Below are positions 1 through 7,627 of a stretch of DNA of 25,860 bases, in pieces. The DNA comes from a virus (taxonomy: Duplodnaviria; Caudoviricetes): IMG/VR virus record IMGVR_UViG_3300033076_000939, positions 1 through 25,860 of that record; one strand, given 5' to 3'. Every line of letters begins with the position of its first letter. Positions within the stretch are counted from its first letter, which is position 1. The position numbers were made by a program, and so were the translations under genes. The notes below the pieces were generated by a model. It made no database searches, was not told the origin of the DNA, and saw only the letters and a program-made list of their open reading frames with translations.

Positions 1-212
1 CGACCTGGAAACTGTGGGTCGATGGCGTTGCGCAATCAGATTACACAGGGGGATGGGGGACGGATAAAGCCACGGCGACTCACGGCTGGGTGCATGCTGG
101 ATTCCCTGCTTATTCCAATTCCGATATTGGTGGAGTAGCGGTGTACAACACCGCACTTGATGCCACCAACGCTCAACAGCTTTCGACTTATCTCGCCTCT
201 CTGGTGGCTTAA
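1..212 (+). CDS. 3' end of a LamG/concanavalin A-like domain protein (partial; probable tail-associated lectin)
   Basis: Frame starting at nt 3 is open to TAA 210-212: TWKLWVDGVAQS...NSDIGGVAVYNTALDATNAQQLSTYL. This matches the LamG C-terminal pattern (KLxVDG ... IxxVxVYNxAL). Not in the ORF track because it is 5'-truncated. Confidence 0.7.
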   Translation, partial: TWKLWVDGVAQSDYTGGWGTDKATATHGWVHAGFPAYSNSDIGGVAVYNTALDATNAQQLSTYLASLVA

Positions 213-213
213 T

Positions 214-2478
214 ATGCAGCATCCTGTTTCGCTACGTACCAGTGATCCGAAGTTTGCACCGGGATGGGAAACGATTGCTTCGCCATCGCTACCTCTGGCG
301 TTGGCACAGACACGATCACCTGCTTACACCGCAGGATATAGGACACCGGGAAGCTATGAAGTGGCTTACTGCCTGGTGGACGAAGTCGGCTCGATCAGCC
401 CGCCATCTGCATCAGTCACCATCAATCCCACGACAAACGATTGGGATATTGTCGGCACCACGCCGGGATTGCCTCTCTGGGTGAGAGCGGGCGGCATCTA
501 TTGGGTGTGGAGACCAGTAGGAACCACGCAATGGAATCACTTTGCAGTTGACGGCAATCGTAACCACCAATGGCAGGCGATGCGACCATTCAAGGCAATC
601 TGCGGATGGCAGCATACTTTCGGTGGGCATTGGTTGTATGCAGCGGGTAACTATTCCAGTTTCACGTCGTTCCCTCCCTCGTCAATTCTTTCCAAATCGC
701 CACCTGCACCTGTGGTGACGCTGCACGAATGCCCTGACGTGGCTTTAGAAGTGGCGTTTAGCTGGGCATGCAATCAAAATGAGACGGCGCTCAGCCCGAT
801 CCTGACAGTAGCAGCAACCAATGGAACACCAATACAACATGCACCATTTACCGTGAGCAGGCAACTTGCCGCAGGTAACCAGCAACCTCCACAGGGTGCG
901 TTGGGTATGTTTCTATACATGCGGAAGTCAGGCACCACACAATGGCACCGGCAGCCGTGTCTGGATGGCCATACGGGCTATCTCTGGCCACTGGATTTGT
1001 CTACGTTCCAGATCACTCGTTTTGTCGAAAGTGGAGTGCAACCAGGGCCAGCGAACGGCAAGAGCTATCTCAGCAGTCTGCACAAGGCATTGCGCTATTG
1101 GAAGCGTGATGTGATTGTGGACAACGATCAAACCATCTGTTGTCCGCTTATCAGTGAGTTCAGCGGGCCAACGTGGGACTTTCAGCCAATCAACCATTTT
1201 GTTGCCAGTTTCGCCGTGGGTGCCACACAAAACGGATCGTTTACGTTGACAGTAGATGGTATCACCACACCACCGCTTCCTTGCAGTTTTGACCATGCTG
1301 TATGGAACACTACCTGGCAGGCAGCTTTCGATGCTGCTTTTGGTGCGGGTGCTATCACGATAGGCGTGTTCGGGGGGAACGATTCTCCCAAGTTTGAACT
1401 GACCGGCAAGTACGCAGCCACCGATATGACGGGCAAGGTCAGCTTTGAGGTGAAGAACGGCAACGGCAACGTGATTGTGGCAGATAAGGTTGAGGTGGCA
1501 GGTCGTGGATGGGTGATGAGTCAGGCTGACGCTAAATTCAACCGCACGATCAGCACCAGCAATGCAGGCGTCTGGTACGTCACCGATTCCGGTACTACCC
1601 CCGATGGTGTAACGGACTACCCGATGGGTTGGCCGATGTGGCTGGAGTGCAGCCAGAATACCCACCTGATTGGCTGCAAATTCACCATGACGCAAAGTAA
1701 CTGTGGTGTGGCAACCTGTGACAACAGTGGTGGCCAGTGTTTTCATTTGCATCTCAAGAATGTCAGCGTAAATCCGCATTTCAGCAACACGCGATCGGTC
1801 ACGTTCGGGTTACGATGTCTGGAGTTTTCTGCAGCCGGTCGTTATGGCCATAGTTGTTCCGAGTTGATTGCCGAGAACTGTTTCTTTCAGGCAAAATTCC
1901 CCATCGTGATGGAAGGCAACCAGACAGTCAACTGGCAGATACGCGACTGCAATCTGTACAGCGATGGCAGCGGTGATTCAGCGATCCTGACAGCCAACAC
2001 TGGTAGCTCAATTCAGTTTGGCGGACGCACCACTGCTGACAATGCACGGTGCCTGGTGGCATCGGTTTGGTGCCAGAGTGTGTTTATTAATGAAATCTTT
2101 GTGGATAAAGGTTTTCCTTGCCTCGTTTCGAGCAATGCCAACAGTTTCACGAAGCTGACCATCAACGGCGGCAAGATCAACCAGATCATCAACTTCCGTG
2201 ATCGGATGCTGGCGGCGTTGGAATACGAAGGGCTAAGCAATCAGGCTGCATCTCCCTTAAGCGACTATGAGCTAGAGTCTCGGTTCTTGTTTATGAACGT
2301 GTTTGAGTCGCCAGCCGGGCCAGTAGAGAGCAACACGATGAAACTGGTAACGGACAATCTGGCAAGTCAGCATAATTCGCCGGTGCGGGCAAGGATGGTG
2401 ACGCCGAAGACAAACGCTGTGTACAAGCCGAGAGTGATCGACGAAGTACCTAGTTTGTTCCAGGCGTTGCCGCCATAG
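214..2478 (+). CDS. Putative tail fibre/receptor-binding virion protein (754 aa)
   Basis: ATG 214 lies 1 nt after the upstream stop, preferred over TTG 157. Two similar beta-sandwich modules (YEVAYCLVDEVGSISPPS / LEVAFSWACNQNETALSP), a GSFTLTVDGITT motif of the kind seen in phage minor tail proteins, and an N/C/I-rich C-terminal half resembling a parallel beta-helix. Confidence 0.6.
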   Translation: MQHPVSLRTSDPKFAPGWETIASPSLPLALAQTRSPAYTAGYRTPGSYEVAYCLVDEVGSISPPSASVTINPTTNDWDIVGTTPGLPLWVRAGGIYWVWRPVGTTQWNHFAVDGNRNHQWQAMRPFKAICGWQHTFGGHWLYAAGNYSSFTSFPPSSILSKSPPAPVVTLHECPDVALEVAFSWACNQNETALSPILTVAATNGTPIQHAPFTVSRQLAAGNQQPPQGALGMFLYMRKSGTTQWHRQPCLDGHTGYLWPLDLSTFQITRFVESGVQPGPANGKSYLSSLHKALRYWKRDVIVDNDQTICCPLISEFSGPTWDFQPINHFVASFAVGATQNGSFTLTVDGITTPPLPCSFDHAVWNTTWQAAFDAAFGAGAITIGVFGGNDSPKFELTGKYAATDMTGKVSFEVKNGNGNVIVADKVEVAGRGWVMSQADAKFNRTISTSNAGVWYVTDSGTTPDGVTDYPMGWPMWLECSQNTHLIGCKFTMTQSNCGVATCDNSGGQCFHLHLKNVSVNPHFSNTRSVTFGLRCLEFSAAGRYGHSCSELIAENCFFQAKFPIVMEGNQTVNWQIRDCNLYSDGSGDSAILTANTGSSIQFGGRTTADNARCLVASVWCQSVFINEIFVDKGFPCLVSSNANSFTKLTINGGKINQIINFRDRMLAALEYEGLSNQAASPLSDYELESRFLFMNVFESPAGPVESNTMKLVTDNLASQHNSPVRARMVTPKTNAVYKPRVIDEVPSLFQALPP

Positions 2479-2556
2479 TGTTCAAGAATGCAACACAGAA
2501 ATTCAACCGACAGTGAAGTAAGGAACATATACAACCAAACACTATTTGCAGAATAA

Positions 2557-2599
2557 TACACTCGATAAAACAGGTTTGGCGTATCCAACGGAGAGTGTA
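2557..2599 (+). promoter_or_regulatory. Stem-loop overlapping the ribosome-binding region of the holin-like gene
   Basis: TACACTC 2557-2563 is the exact reverse complement of GAGTGTA 2593-2599. Inner stem TTGG 2576-2579 / CCAA 2585-2588. SD-like GGAG at 2590-2593, ATG at 2602. Confidence 0.45.
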
Positions 2600-2601
2600 A
2601 G

Positions 2602-3180
2602 ATGACGCAATCGCTCACGATAACCCCGGCAAGGATGATGAACATGGATAGGTTGATTATCGGGATTGCCGTTATCTTTGTTACCATGCTGGGAAGCACT
2701 ACTGTTACCAGCCTGGAAACAATGTTTCTCAGGGCAGTTAAGACAACGCCAGTTGTGGCCGCACAAGATAATGGAAAAACCGCTGTAGCACAGGCAGCAT
2801 CCAATAAGCGAGAAGATGAAAAGATAGCCAACGAACACGCCAGGGTAGAGGTGCTACGGAACTCGTTCTTGATGTTGTGGCTGATTGGAGGGGTGATACC
2901 GGGATCAGCCGTCGGTGTCGTACTGAAACAGGTCACTGGTTACAAAGCACTCACTCACGCCACTGTATCGGTATGCACTTCAGTACCAGTAACTCCATAT
3001 CTGCTTAAGCGGTATACCGAATGTGCGCCAGAGGAATGCTTCATCGGTGGATTCATCGTGGCTGTTTCAGCATGGTTTGCGTGGGAAGTTCTTATGCTCT
3101 GCTATGCACGAATCAAGAAAGCCGCCACCGAACGAGGTATTGGTGGGGTAGTTGAAGAAGTGCGTGGTAAGGGCAAATGA
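2602..3180 (+). CDS. Multi-pass membrane protein, holin-like
   Basis: Up to four hydrophobic segments (LIIGIAVIFVTML; FLMLWLIGGVIPGSAVGVVL; ATVSVCTSVPVTPYLL; FIGGFIVAVSAWFAWEVLML), a charged/basic C-terminus and a GGAG SD. The holin role is inferred from topology and context only. Confidence 0.5.
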   Translation: MTQSLTITPARMMNMDRLIIGIAVIFVTMLGSTTVTSLETMFLRAVKTTPVVAAQDNGKTAVAQAASNKREDEKIANEHARVEVLRNSFLMLWLIGGVIPGSAVGVVLKQVTGYKALTHATVSVCTSVPVTPYLLKRYTECAPEECFIGGFIVAVSAWFAWEVLMLCYARIKKAATERGIGGVVEEVRGKGK

Positions 3181-3488
3181 GATACAAACTGCCCAGGATG
3201 GCGCATATCTTTCTGCTGTTTGTCATAGCAGGACTGACGGGTGGATTCATTTTCTATGCGGGGTGGAACATGGGCAGCGAATATCGCAAAGAAGTCATCG
3301 AAGCCATGAAGGCCAACCAGATACACACAGCCAGTGTCGCCCTGGCACAATGGTGTGCCGCTGACAAGAAGTGCAAGACAGATCCAGTGTACCTGGCCAC
3401 GCTCACCACGATACATCTCAAGAACGGCAAGGTTGACGCCGCACGGTACAACCTCGACAGACTCATGAAACTCTTATCGGAGAAGTAG
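3177..3488 (+). CDS. Single-pass membrane protein (103 aa)
   Basis: ATGA overlap with the upstream stop. N-terminal TM (IFLLFVIAGLTGGFIFYAGW) followed by a helical soluble domain. Confidence 0.75.
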   Translation: MRYKLPRMAHIFLLFVIAGLTGGFIFYAGWNMGSEYRKEVIEAMKANQIHTASVALAQWCAADKKCKTDPVYLATLTTIHLKNGKVDAARYNLDRLMKLLSEK

Positions 3489-3489
3489 C

Positions 3490-3663
3490 ATGTGTGTTTA
3501 CCAATGCATCAATGGCAAGGGGGTGTTGCTGTCAGGTGATTGCCCAGTAGTGCCATGCCCACAAACGACGCCTGACTGCGAGAGTCTGGAAGAAGTCTAC
3601 ACAGTACCATGCCCTCGTCCGTATCAAGCACCGGTTCCGGCAGTGCCGGAAGAAAAGTCTTGA
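3490..3663 (+). CDS. Small Cys/Pro-rich protein (57 aa, 6 Cys)
   Basis: Translated by hand: MCVYQCINGKGVLLSGDCPVVPCPQTTPDCESLEEVYTVPCPRPYQAPVPAVPEEKS*. ATG lies 1 nt after the upstream TAG and the ORF fills the gap. Below the ORF-track cutoff. Confidence 0.6.
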   Translation: MCVYQCINGKGVLLSGDCPVVPCPQTTPDCESLEEVYTVPCPRPYQAPVPAVPEEKS

Positions 3664-3688
3664 ACATTGTTCCTATGCGGTGTATGTT
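3660..3688 (+). promoter_or_regulatory. Putative sigma70-type promoter
   Basis: TTGAAC (3660-3665), 17-nt spacer, TATGTT (3683-3688), in the gap before SD GGAG 3706-3709 and ATG 3715. Confidence 0.4.
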
Positions 3689-3714
3689 GTGCGGTAACTT
3701 ACGTTGGAGTGGTC

Positions 3715-4554
3715 ATGAAACGCTTTGTATTGTTGATGCTGCTGGTTAGTAGCGTAGCACAGGCTCAAGAAGTAAGAACACTGGGTGAGATGCCGACGCA
3801 ACAGCAGGTGTCGTCAGCACAAGATACTATTAAGAAAGCTCAGTCGTCACCCACCAGTTTGGTGATTGGTGGATACGCTCTAGTCAACATTGAGATAACT
3901 ACGAAACTCACTCGATATGTCGTGCCAGGCAGTGACGATTGCCTTAAGACCATCTTCCTCCCCAAGGGAACCAGCTACGAAGGCTGGCTGCGATCCAAGG
4001 ATTCACCGGAGTACAAGTGGACCCTGATCGCGCCTGATCCTAAGTACGATCGGTTGCTTGTTACTGGTACGGTGAAGGGTACGGCAACCATTGTCTGGAT
4101 GACGGTGAAGGATGGCGAAGCGGTAGTGGTGGCAGCGTTTCAGTTCTCAGTCGGAGGCGGAGCGCCCAAGCCACCCGAGCCTGACGTGGTGCCTGACACC
4201 CCGCTCATTAAGTCCCTGCGTGGCGCGTACCAGCTTGACAGCGTGGCAGGCATCGGCAACAAGGATCACCTCGGCAAACTCGAAGGCGTCTACTTGGCGT
4301 TGAGCACTGCTGATCTATCCAAGATCGCCACGCAGAAGCAACTGACCGAACTGATGGCGACCAGTGTGAAGAACGCTGGCATCCCTGACTACAAGACCAG
4401 CCTCACTAATCTGCGGAAGGCACTACAGACCGATTATCTCACCCGGCAGGGCATCAGCGATGACTCTGCCAGTGACAGCAAGCCGATCAATCAAACTCTG
4501 GTGAAACAGATGTTCGCAGACTGGGCTGCTGCTTTGGACAAGCTCGGGCAATGA
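3715..4554 (+). CDS. Secreted protein with signal peptide and Pro-rich linker (279 aa)
   Basis: Start moved to ATG 3715 (SD GGAG). MKRFVLLMLLVSSVAQA is a classic Sec signal with AQA cleavage site. Beta-rich domain, GGGAPKPPEPDVVPDTP linker, then a helical C-terminal domain. Confidence 0.8.
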   Translation: MKRFVLLMLLVSSVAQAQEVRTLGEMPTQQQVSSAQDTIKKAQSSPTSLVIGGYALVNIEITTKLTRYVVPGSDDCLKTIFLPKGTSYEGWLRSKDSPEYKWTLIAPDPKYDRLLVTGTVKGTATIVWMTVKDGEAVVVAAFQFSVGGGAPKPPEPDVVPDTPLIKSLRGAYQLDSVAGIGNKDHLGKLEGVYLALSTADLSKIATQKQLTELMATSVKNAGIPDYKTSLTNLRKALQTDYLTRQGISDDSASDSKPINQTLVKQMFADWAAALDKLGQ

Positions 4555-4637
4555 GCCTCTACGATTTTTACCAACTGCTTATCGCAGTTATGGTTGGCTG
4601 TATCTGGATGGCATCATACTTCAGCGAACCAGAATGA
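4551..4637 (+). CDS. Putative 28-aa membrane micropeptide
   Basis: ATGA overlap with the upstream stop. MSLYDFYQLLIAVMVGCIWMASYFSEPE* has one hydrophobic helix. Confidence 0.45.
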   Translation: MSLYDFYQLLIAVMVGCIWMASYFSEPE

Positions 4638-4664
4638 CTCCCGAAACTTTAAGGACTCGCAGAC

Positions 4665-5597
4665 ATGTCGTTTACTCCATCCTTCGGACGCTGGGAAGAT
4701 CAAGCCTCGGTGGATCGCGTTTTTGGTGCGATGCGTGACCCATTCATTCGCCAGGCTGCACCGAACCTCTTCACTGCCGACGACAACGCTGATGTGGATC
4801 TCTGCCAACTGTACGAAGCGGCCACCGGGCGCAAGTGGAACAGCCGCGATCAGAATCCTCGCGGTTTCTGCGTTGGCTTTGGCAATGCCAAGACTGCCTC
4901 GCTCTCCATCGCCATGATGGCTCATGCCGGGGAAATCACCGACCCTGGCGCGGACGTGGCCATCGAGCCAGTCTATGGTGGTATGCGGTACGAGATCGGC
5001 AAGATTCAGGAAGGCAGTAGCCTCTACCGTGGCGATGACGGTGGTGTTGGTGCCTGGGCTGTTGACTGGCTCTTGAAGTATGGCGTGCTGCTGATGAAAC
5101 AATATGGCAGCATCGACTTCACCAGCTACAGCGAACAGCGTTGCGATCAGTACGGTTCACGTGGCGTGCCTGATGAACTGGAACCTATCGCCAAAGAACA
5201 TCCGCTGCAAAAGGCTGCACTCTGCCAGTCGGGCGACGACGTTTGGGCGCTGATCGGCCAGCTCCACCCGGTGGTGCATTGCTCCAATCAGGGCTTTGCG
5301 ATGAATCGGGATAGCAACGGTGTGAGTCGACCACAAGGCTCATGGGCTCACTGTGCTGGCTGGAACGGGCGATTCACGCTCAAGGGCCGCAAGTACGTGC
5401 GTTACGACAATTCGTGGGGCGGCTACCTAGGCGGTCCTATGACCGTTCAGGGCGACAATGGCCCCATCAATCTCAATGCCGATCAGTTCCTGGTGGAACT
5501 CGGCACGGTAGACCGCATGTGCCGCGATGGCCGCGAAACCTATGCCTTCACTGGTCCGCTTGGGTTTACCTCGCGTCGTCCGTTAGGCTTGGCGTAA
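4665..5597 (+). CDS. Papain-like (C1 family) cysteine peptidase
   Basis: RDQNPRGFCVGF gives oxyanion Gln63 and catalytic Cys69 with papain's 6-residue spacing. WAHC gives His229 and YDNSWG gives Asn249. SD AAGGA upstream; no signal peptide. Confidence 0.88.
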   Translation: MSFTPSFGRWEDQASVDRVFGAMRDPFIRQAAPNLFTADDNADVDLCQLYEAATGRKWNSRDQNPRGFCVGFGNAKTASLSIAMMAHAGEITDPGADVAIEPVYGGMRYEIGKIQEGSSLYRGDDGGVGAWAVDWLLKYGVLLMKQYGSIDFTSYSEQRCDQYGSRGVPDELEPIAKEHPLQKAALCQSGDDVWALIGQLHPVVHCSNQGFAMNRDSNGVSRPQGSWAHCAGWNGRFTLKGRKYVRYDNSWGGYLGGPMTVQGDNGPINLNADQFLVELGTVDRMCRDGRETYAFTGPLGFTSRRPLGLA

Positions 5598-5603
5598 CTT
5601 TCC

Positions 5604-5628
5604 GCCTCGCTGCGGCGGGGCTTTTGTT
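5604..5628 (+). terminator. Putative intrinsic terminator
   Basis: GCCTCGC-tgcg-GCGGGGC stem (one G-U) followed by TTTTGTT, just after the peptidase stop. Confidence 0.65.
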
Positions 5629-5648
5629 CTCTTCTTAGGGGTATCTCT

Positions 5649-6131
5649 ATGCCGTTCAACATCGGCTCTCTCGTCCAGTTCGACCGTTCCAAGCTCGATA
5701 TGGTCGCTTTCCGCAAGTGGCTGGTGTCTGGAGCACAGCTACTAGAACCCGCTGTCATCACGCCGGGGAATATCGACAAGGTACTCTTCTTCGACAATCT
5801 GGAAGGGTTGGTCGAAAAACTCATCAACCAGGTGAGTAACGAGAATCACCTTGTGGTTGGTGGTGCCATGCCTAGTGAAGGTGTTCTCATCGCCGGTGAC
5901 GCGACTGTGGGTGAGATCAGCACTGGCGAAGTCTCTCAGTACCTCAGCCAGTTCAGTAACGTCTCCGCTGAAACGCAGGAGATTTTACGAGCCAATCCTC
6001 ACCTGGTTCGTCGGCTTCAGAAGTTTAGCAAGGAAGACCAAGAGAAGATTGTGGGCAACCCCCTCCTGCTCCTGGCACTCCAAACTCTACTCCCAATCCT
6101 GTTCCAGTTCCTGCTGAACCGCTTCAAGTAA
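5649..6131 (+). CDS. Hypothetical protein with C-terminal hydrophobic anchor
   Basis: 160-aa ORF with AGGGG SD. Ends NPLLLLALQTLLPILFQFLLNRFK (hydrophobic helix plus basic tail). Confidence 0.75.
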   Translation: MPFNIGSLVQFDRSKLDMVAFRKWLVSGAQLLEPAVITPGNIDKVLFFDNLEGLVEKLINQVSNENHLVVGGAMPSEGVLIAGDATVGEISTGEVSQYLSQFSNVSAETQEILRANPHLVRRLQKFSKEDQEKIVGNPLLLLALQTLLPILFQFLLNRFK

Positions 6132-6203
6132 GAGAGGAGGTCGATCTATCTCGGCGTAAAGCCGGTCCGTGTATCTCCACCCTTTCTTAGAGGAGTCAGT
6201 GTA

Positions 6204-6812
6204 ATGCGATTCATGCGTATGATTGTCGCCGTGGCAGTGGTAACGCTCTGGTGCTTCACCATCGAAGCCAGCGACCGCAAGAAAGCCCGCAGTCAAGGTG
6301 AAAGTGCTGTAGCGGTGGCTCTGGCATCCACGCCAGAAACCATCGAAACTCCCAAGGTCTACGGTACCAGCACTGGCAGTAACGATGCTCTCGATGAAGT
6401 CAATGCGTACCGTGCCAAGCGCGGCTTGCCTCCTTTTTCTCATGATGCGGGATTAACGCAAGCCGCCTTGGCATGTGCGAAAGAGCGAGCACGACAGGGT
6501 ATCAGTGGCCACCTCCCCAGGGAGATAGGCGAAGTCGCTGGTGGTGTGAGTGCAGACGCCGCTGGTTGCGGTGCTCTCGATGATTCTTGGGGATGGGCTA
6601 CCTGTTGCATGGATGACAGTTACAGTCATGCGGGAGCAGCCTGGGTGCGTGGTAGTGATGGCAAGCGCTATATGCATCTGTTTGTCAGACATGGTGATAA
6701 CAAAGCCAAGCCTGCTGTACAGGCCACTCCATCAACTGAAACAGTAACAGCCGGTAGTTGTGCTAACGGTAGTTGCGGTACAGCCTCCCGAGTCTCACGA
6801 CGCAGGCGATAA
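6204..6812 (+). CDS. Secreted CAP/SCP-domain protein
   Basis: N-terminal signal-like segment. DALDEVNAYRAKRGLPPFSHDAGLTQAA...GH...YSHAGAAWVRGSDGKRYMHLF follows the CAP fold pattern. C-terminal GSCANGSC..RRRR tail; SD GAGGAG. Confidence 0.8.
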   Translation: MRFMRMIVAVAVVTLWCFTIEASDRKKARSQGESAVAVALASTPETIETPKVYGTSTGSNDALDEVNAYRAKRGLPPFSHDAGLTQAALACAKERARQGISGHLPREIGEVAGGVSADAAGCGALDDSWGWATCCMDDSYSHAGAAWVRGSDGKRYMHLFVRHGDNKAKPAVQATPSTETVTAGSCANGSCGTASRVSRRRR

Positions 6813-6813
6813 C

Positions 6814-7350
6814 ATGGTGTGGAACATCTTTCACCGGTGGTGGAACAAGAAGTCCATCACTGGTTACTTCATAGTTGGACTGCCCACTGAACAACGGGGA
6901 CCAGTGGTCAAGACCCCCCACAAACAACAGTTCCCCTTCCCGTATGGAAAGGTCATCCTTGCTATGCAAATGACAGCAACTCAGTATGTCACCGTTTCGC
7001 TGAAATGGAAAGACAAGAAGTCCAATCCCGCCAAGGTGCAGGATCCGCAATTCATCGTGTCCAACTCCGAACTGCTTGCCATTAAGAATGAGAAGCATGA
7101 GGAAGTTGATGGTGGAACGGTATCATCCTGTGAAGTGTGGGCAGTTGGACCGATTGGTACATCGGCAGTCTCACTGATTGGTGATGCAGATCTCGGTGAA
7201 GGTGTCAAGACTGTTCGGTTCGATGGCCAGATACTCATCGTCGGTGGCCAGGCAGTGGCAGGCACGCTCGATTTCAGCCTGCCCCAGGAGCAACCAGACG
7301 AACCGCCAGCACCTCCTGCACCACCGGCTGATAATCCACCATCCGAATAG
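6814..7350 (+). CDS. Hypothetical phage protein, Ig-like beta-sandwich with Pro-rich tail
   Basis: ATG 6814 lies 1 nt after the upstream stop (alternative start at the internal MQMTATQ). Beta-rich core VTVSLKWKDKKSNPAKV...DADLGEGV, ending in PPAPPAPPADNPPSE. Confidence 0.7.
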   Translation: MVWNIFHRWWNKKSITGYFIVGLPTEQRGPVVKTPHKQQFPFPYGKVILAMQMTATQYVTVSLKWKDKKSNPAKVQDPQFIVSNSELLAIKNEKHEEVDGGTVSSCEVWAVGPIGTSAVSLIGDADLGEGVKTVRFDGQILIVGGQAVAGTLDFSLPQEQPDEPPAPPAPPADNPPSE

Positions 7351-7388
7351 CAGGCATGCTCCTTCTCTGTGAAGGTGCTTGGAGAGAG

Positions 7389-7421
7389 GCCCGCAGGCCC
7401 CCTAAAGGCTGCGGGCTGTTT
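7389..7421 (+). terminator. Putative intrinsic terminator/hairpin
   Basis: GCCCGCAG 7389-7396 and CTGCGGGC 7409-7416 form a perfect 8-bp stem followed by TGTTT. Confidence 0.55.
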
Positions 7422-7435
7422 CGCTCAGGTGATCC

Positions 7436-7627
7436 ATGAAAAAATGTCTACAACATAAAGACAGAAAAGTGTATGCTCGAGGTCGTTGCGAGTCTTGTTA
7501 CCGCAGCATTATCCGCAGGATGAAAGAGGAAGGGTTGACCGACAGGCAGATGGTCCAACGGAGGTATCTCCTCCCGCGCGATCCGCGATGGAAGCCGAGA
7601 AAGTTCCATGAGGTGCATAAACCATAG
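7436..7627 (+). CDS. Small basic zinc-finger-like protein (Cx2Hx10Cx2C), copy 1
   Basis: CLQH-KDRKVYARGR-CESCYRSIIRR; very Arg/Lys-rich; AGGTGA SD. Confidence 0.7.
   Translation: MKKCLQHKDRKVYARGRCESCYRSIIRRMKEEGLTDRQMVQRRYLLPRDPRWKPRKFHEVHKP

Noticed and set aside
157-213. TTG start at 157 for the 773-aa ORF
   Set aside because: It overlaps the upstream LamG-like gene. ATG 214, 1 nt after that gene's stop, fits the coupling pattern.
928-1779. 283-aa minus-strand ORF
   Set aside because: Antisense shadow of the tail-like gene with no recognisable motifs.
3667-3714. TTG start at 3667 for the secreted protein
   Set aside because: The SD and signal peptide point to ATG 3715, and the extension overlaps a promoter-like element.
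4594-4917. 107-aa plus-strand ORF
   Set aside because: Out-of-frame overlap with the motif-supported peptidase; TTG start without support.
4665-5597. Peptidase as a prohead maturation protease
   Set aside because: Prohead proteases are typically serine proteases encoded next to portal/capsid. This C1 enzyme sits among membrane and secreted genes. Not fully excluded.
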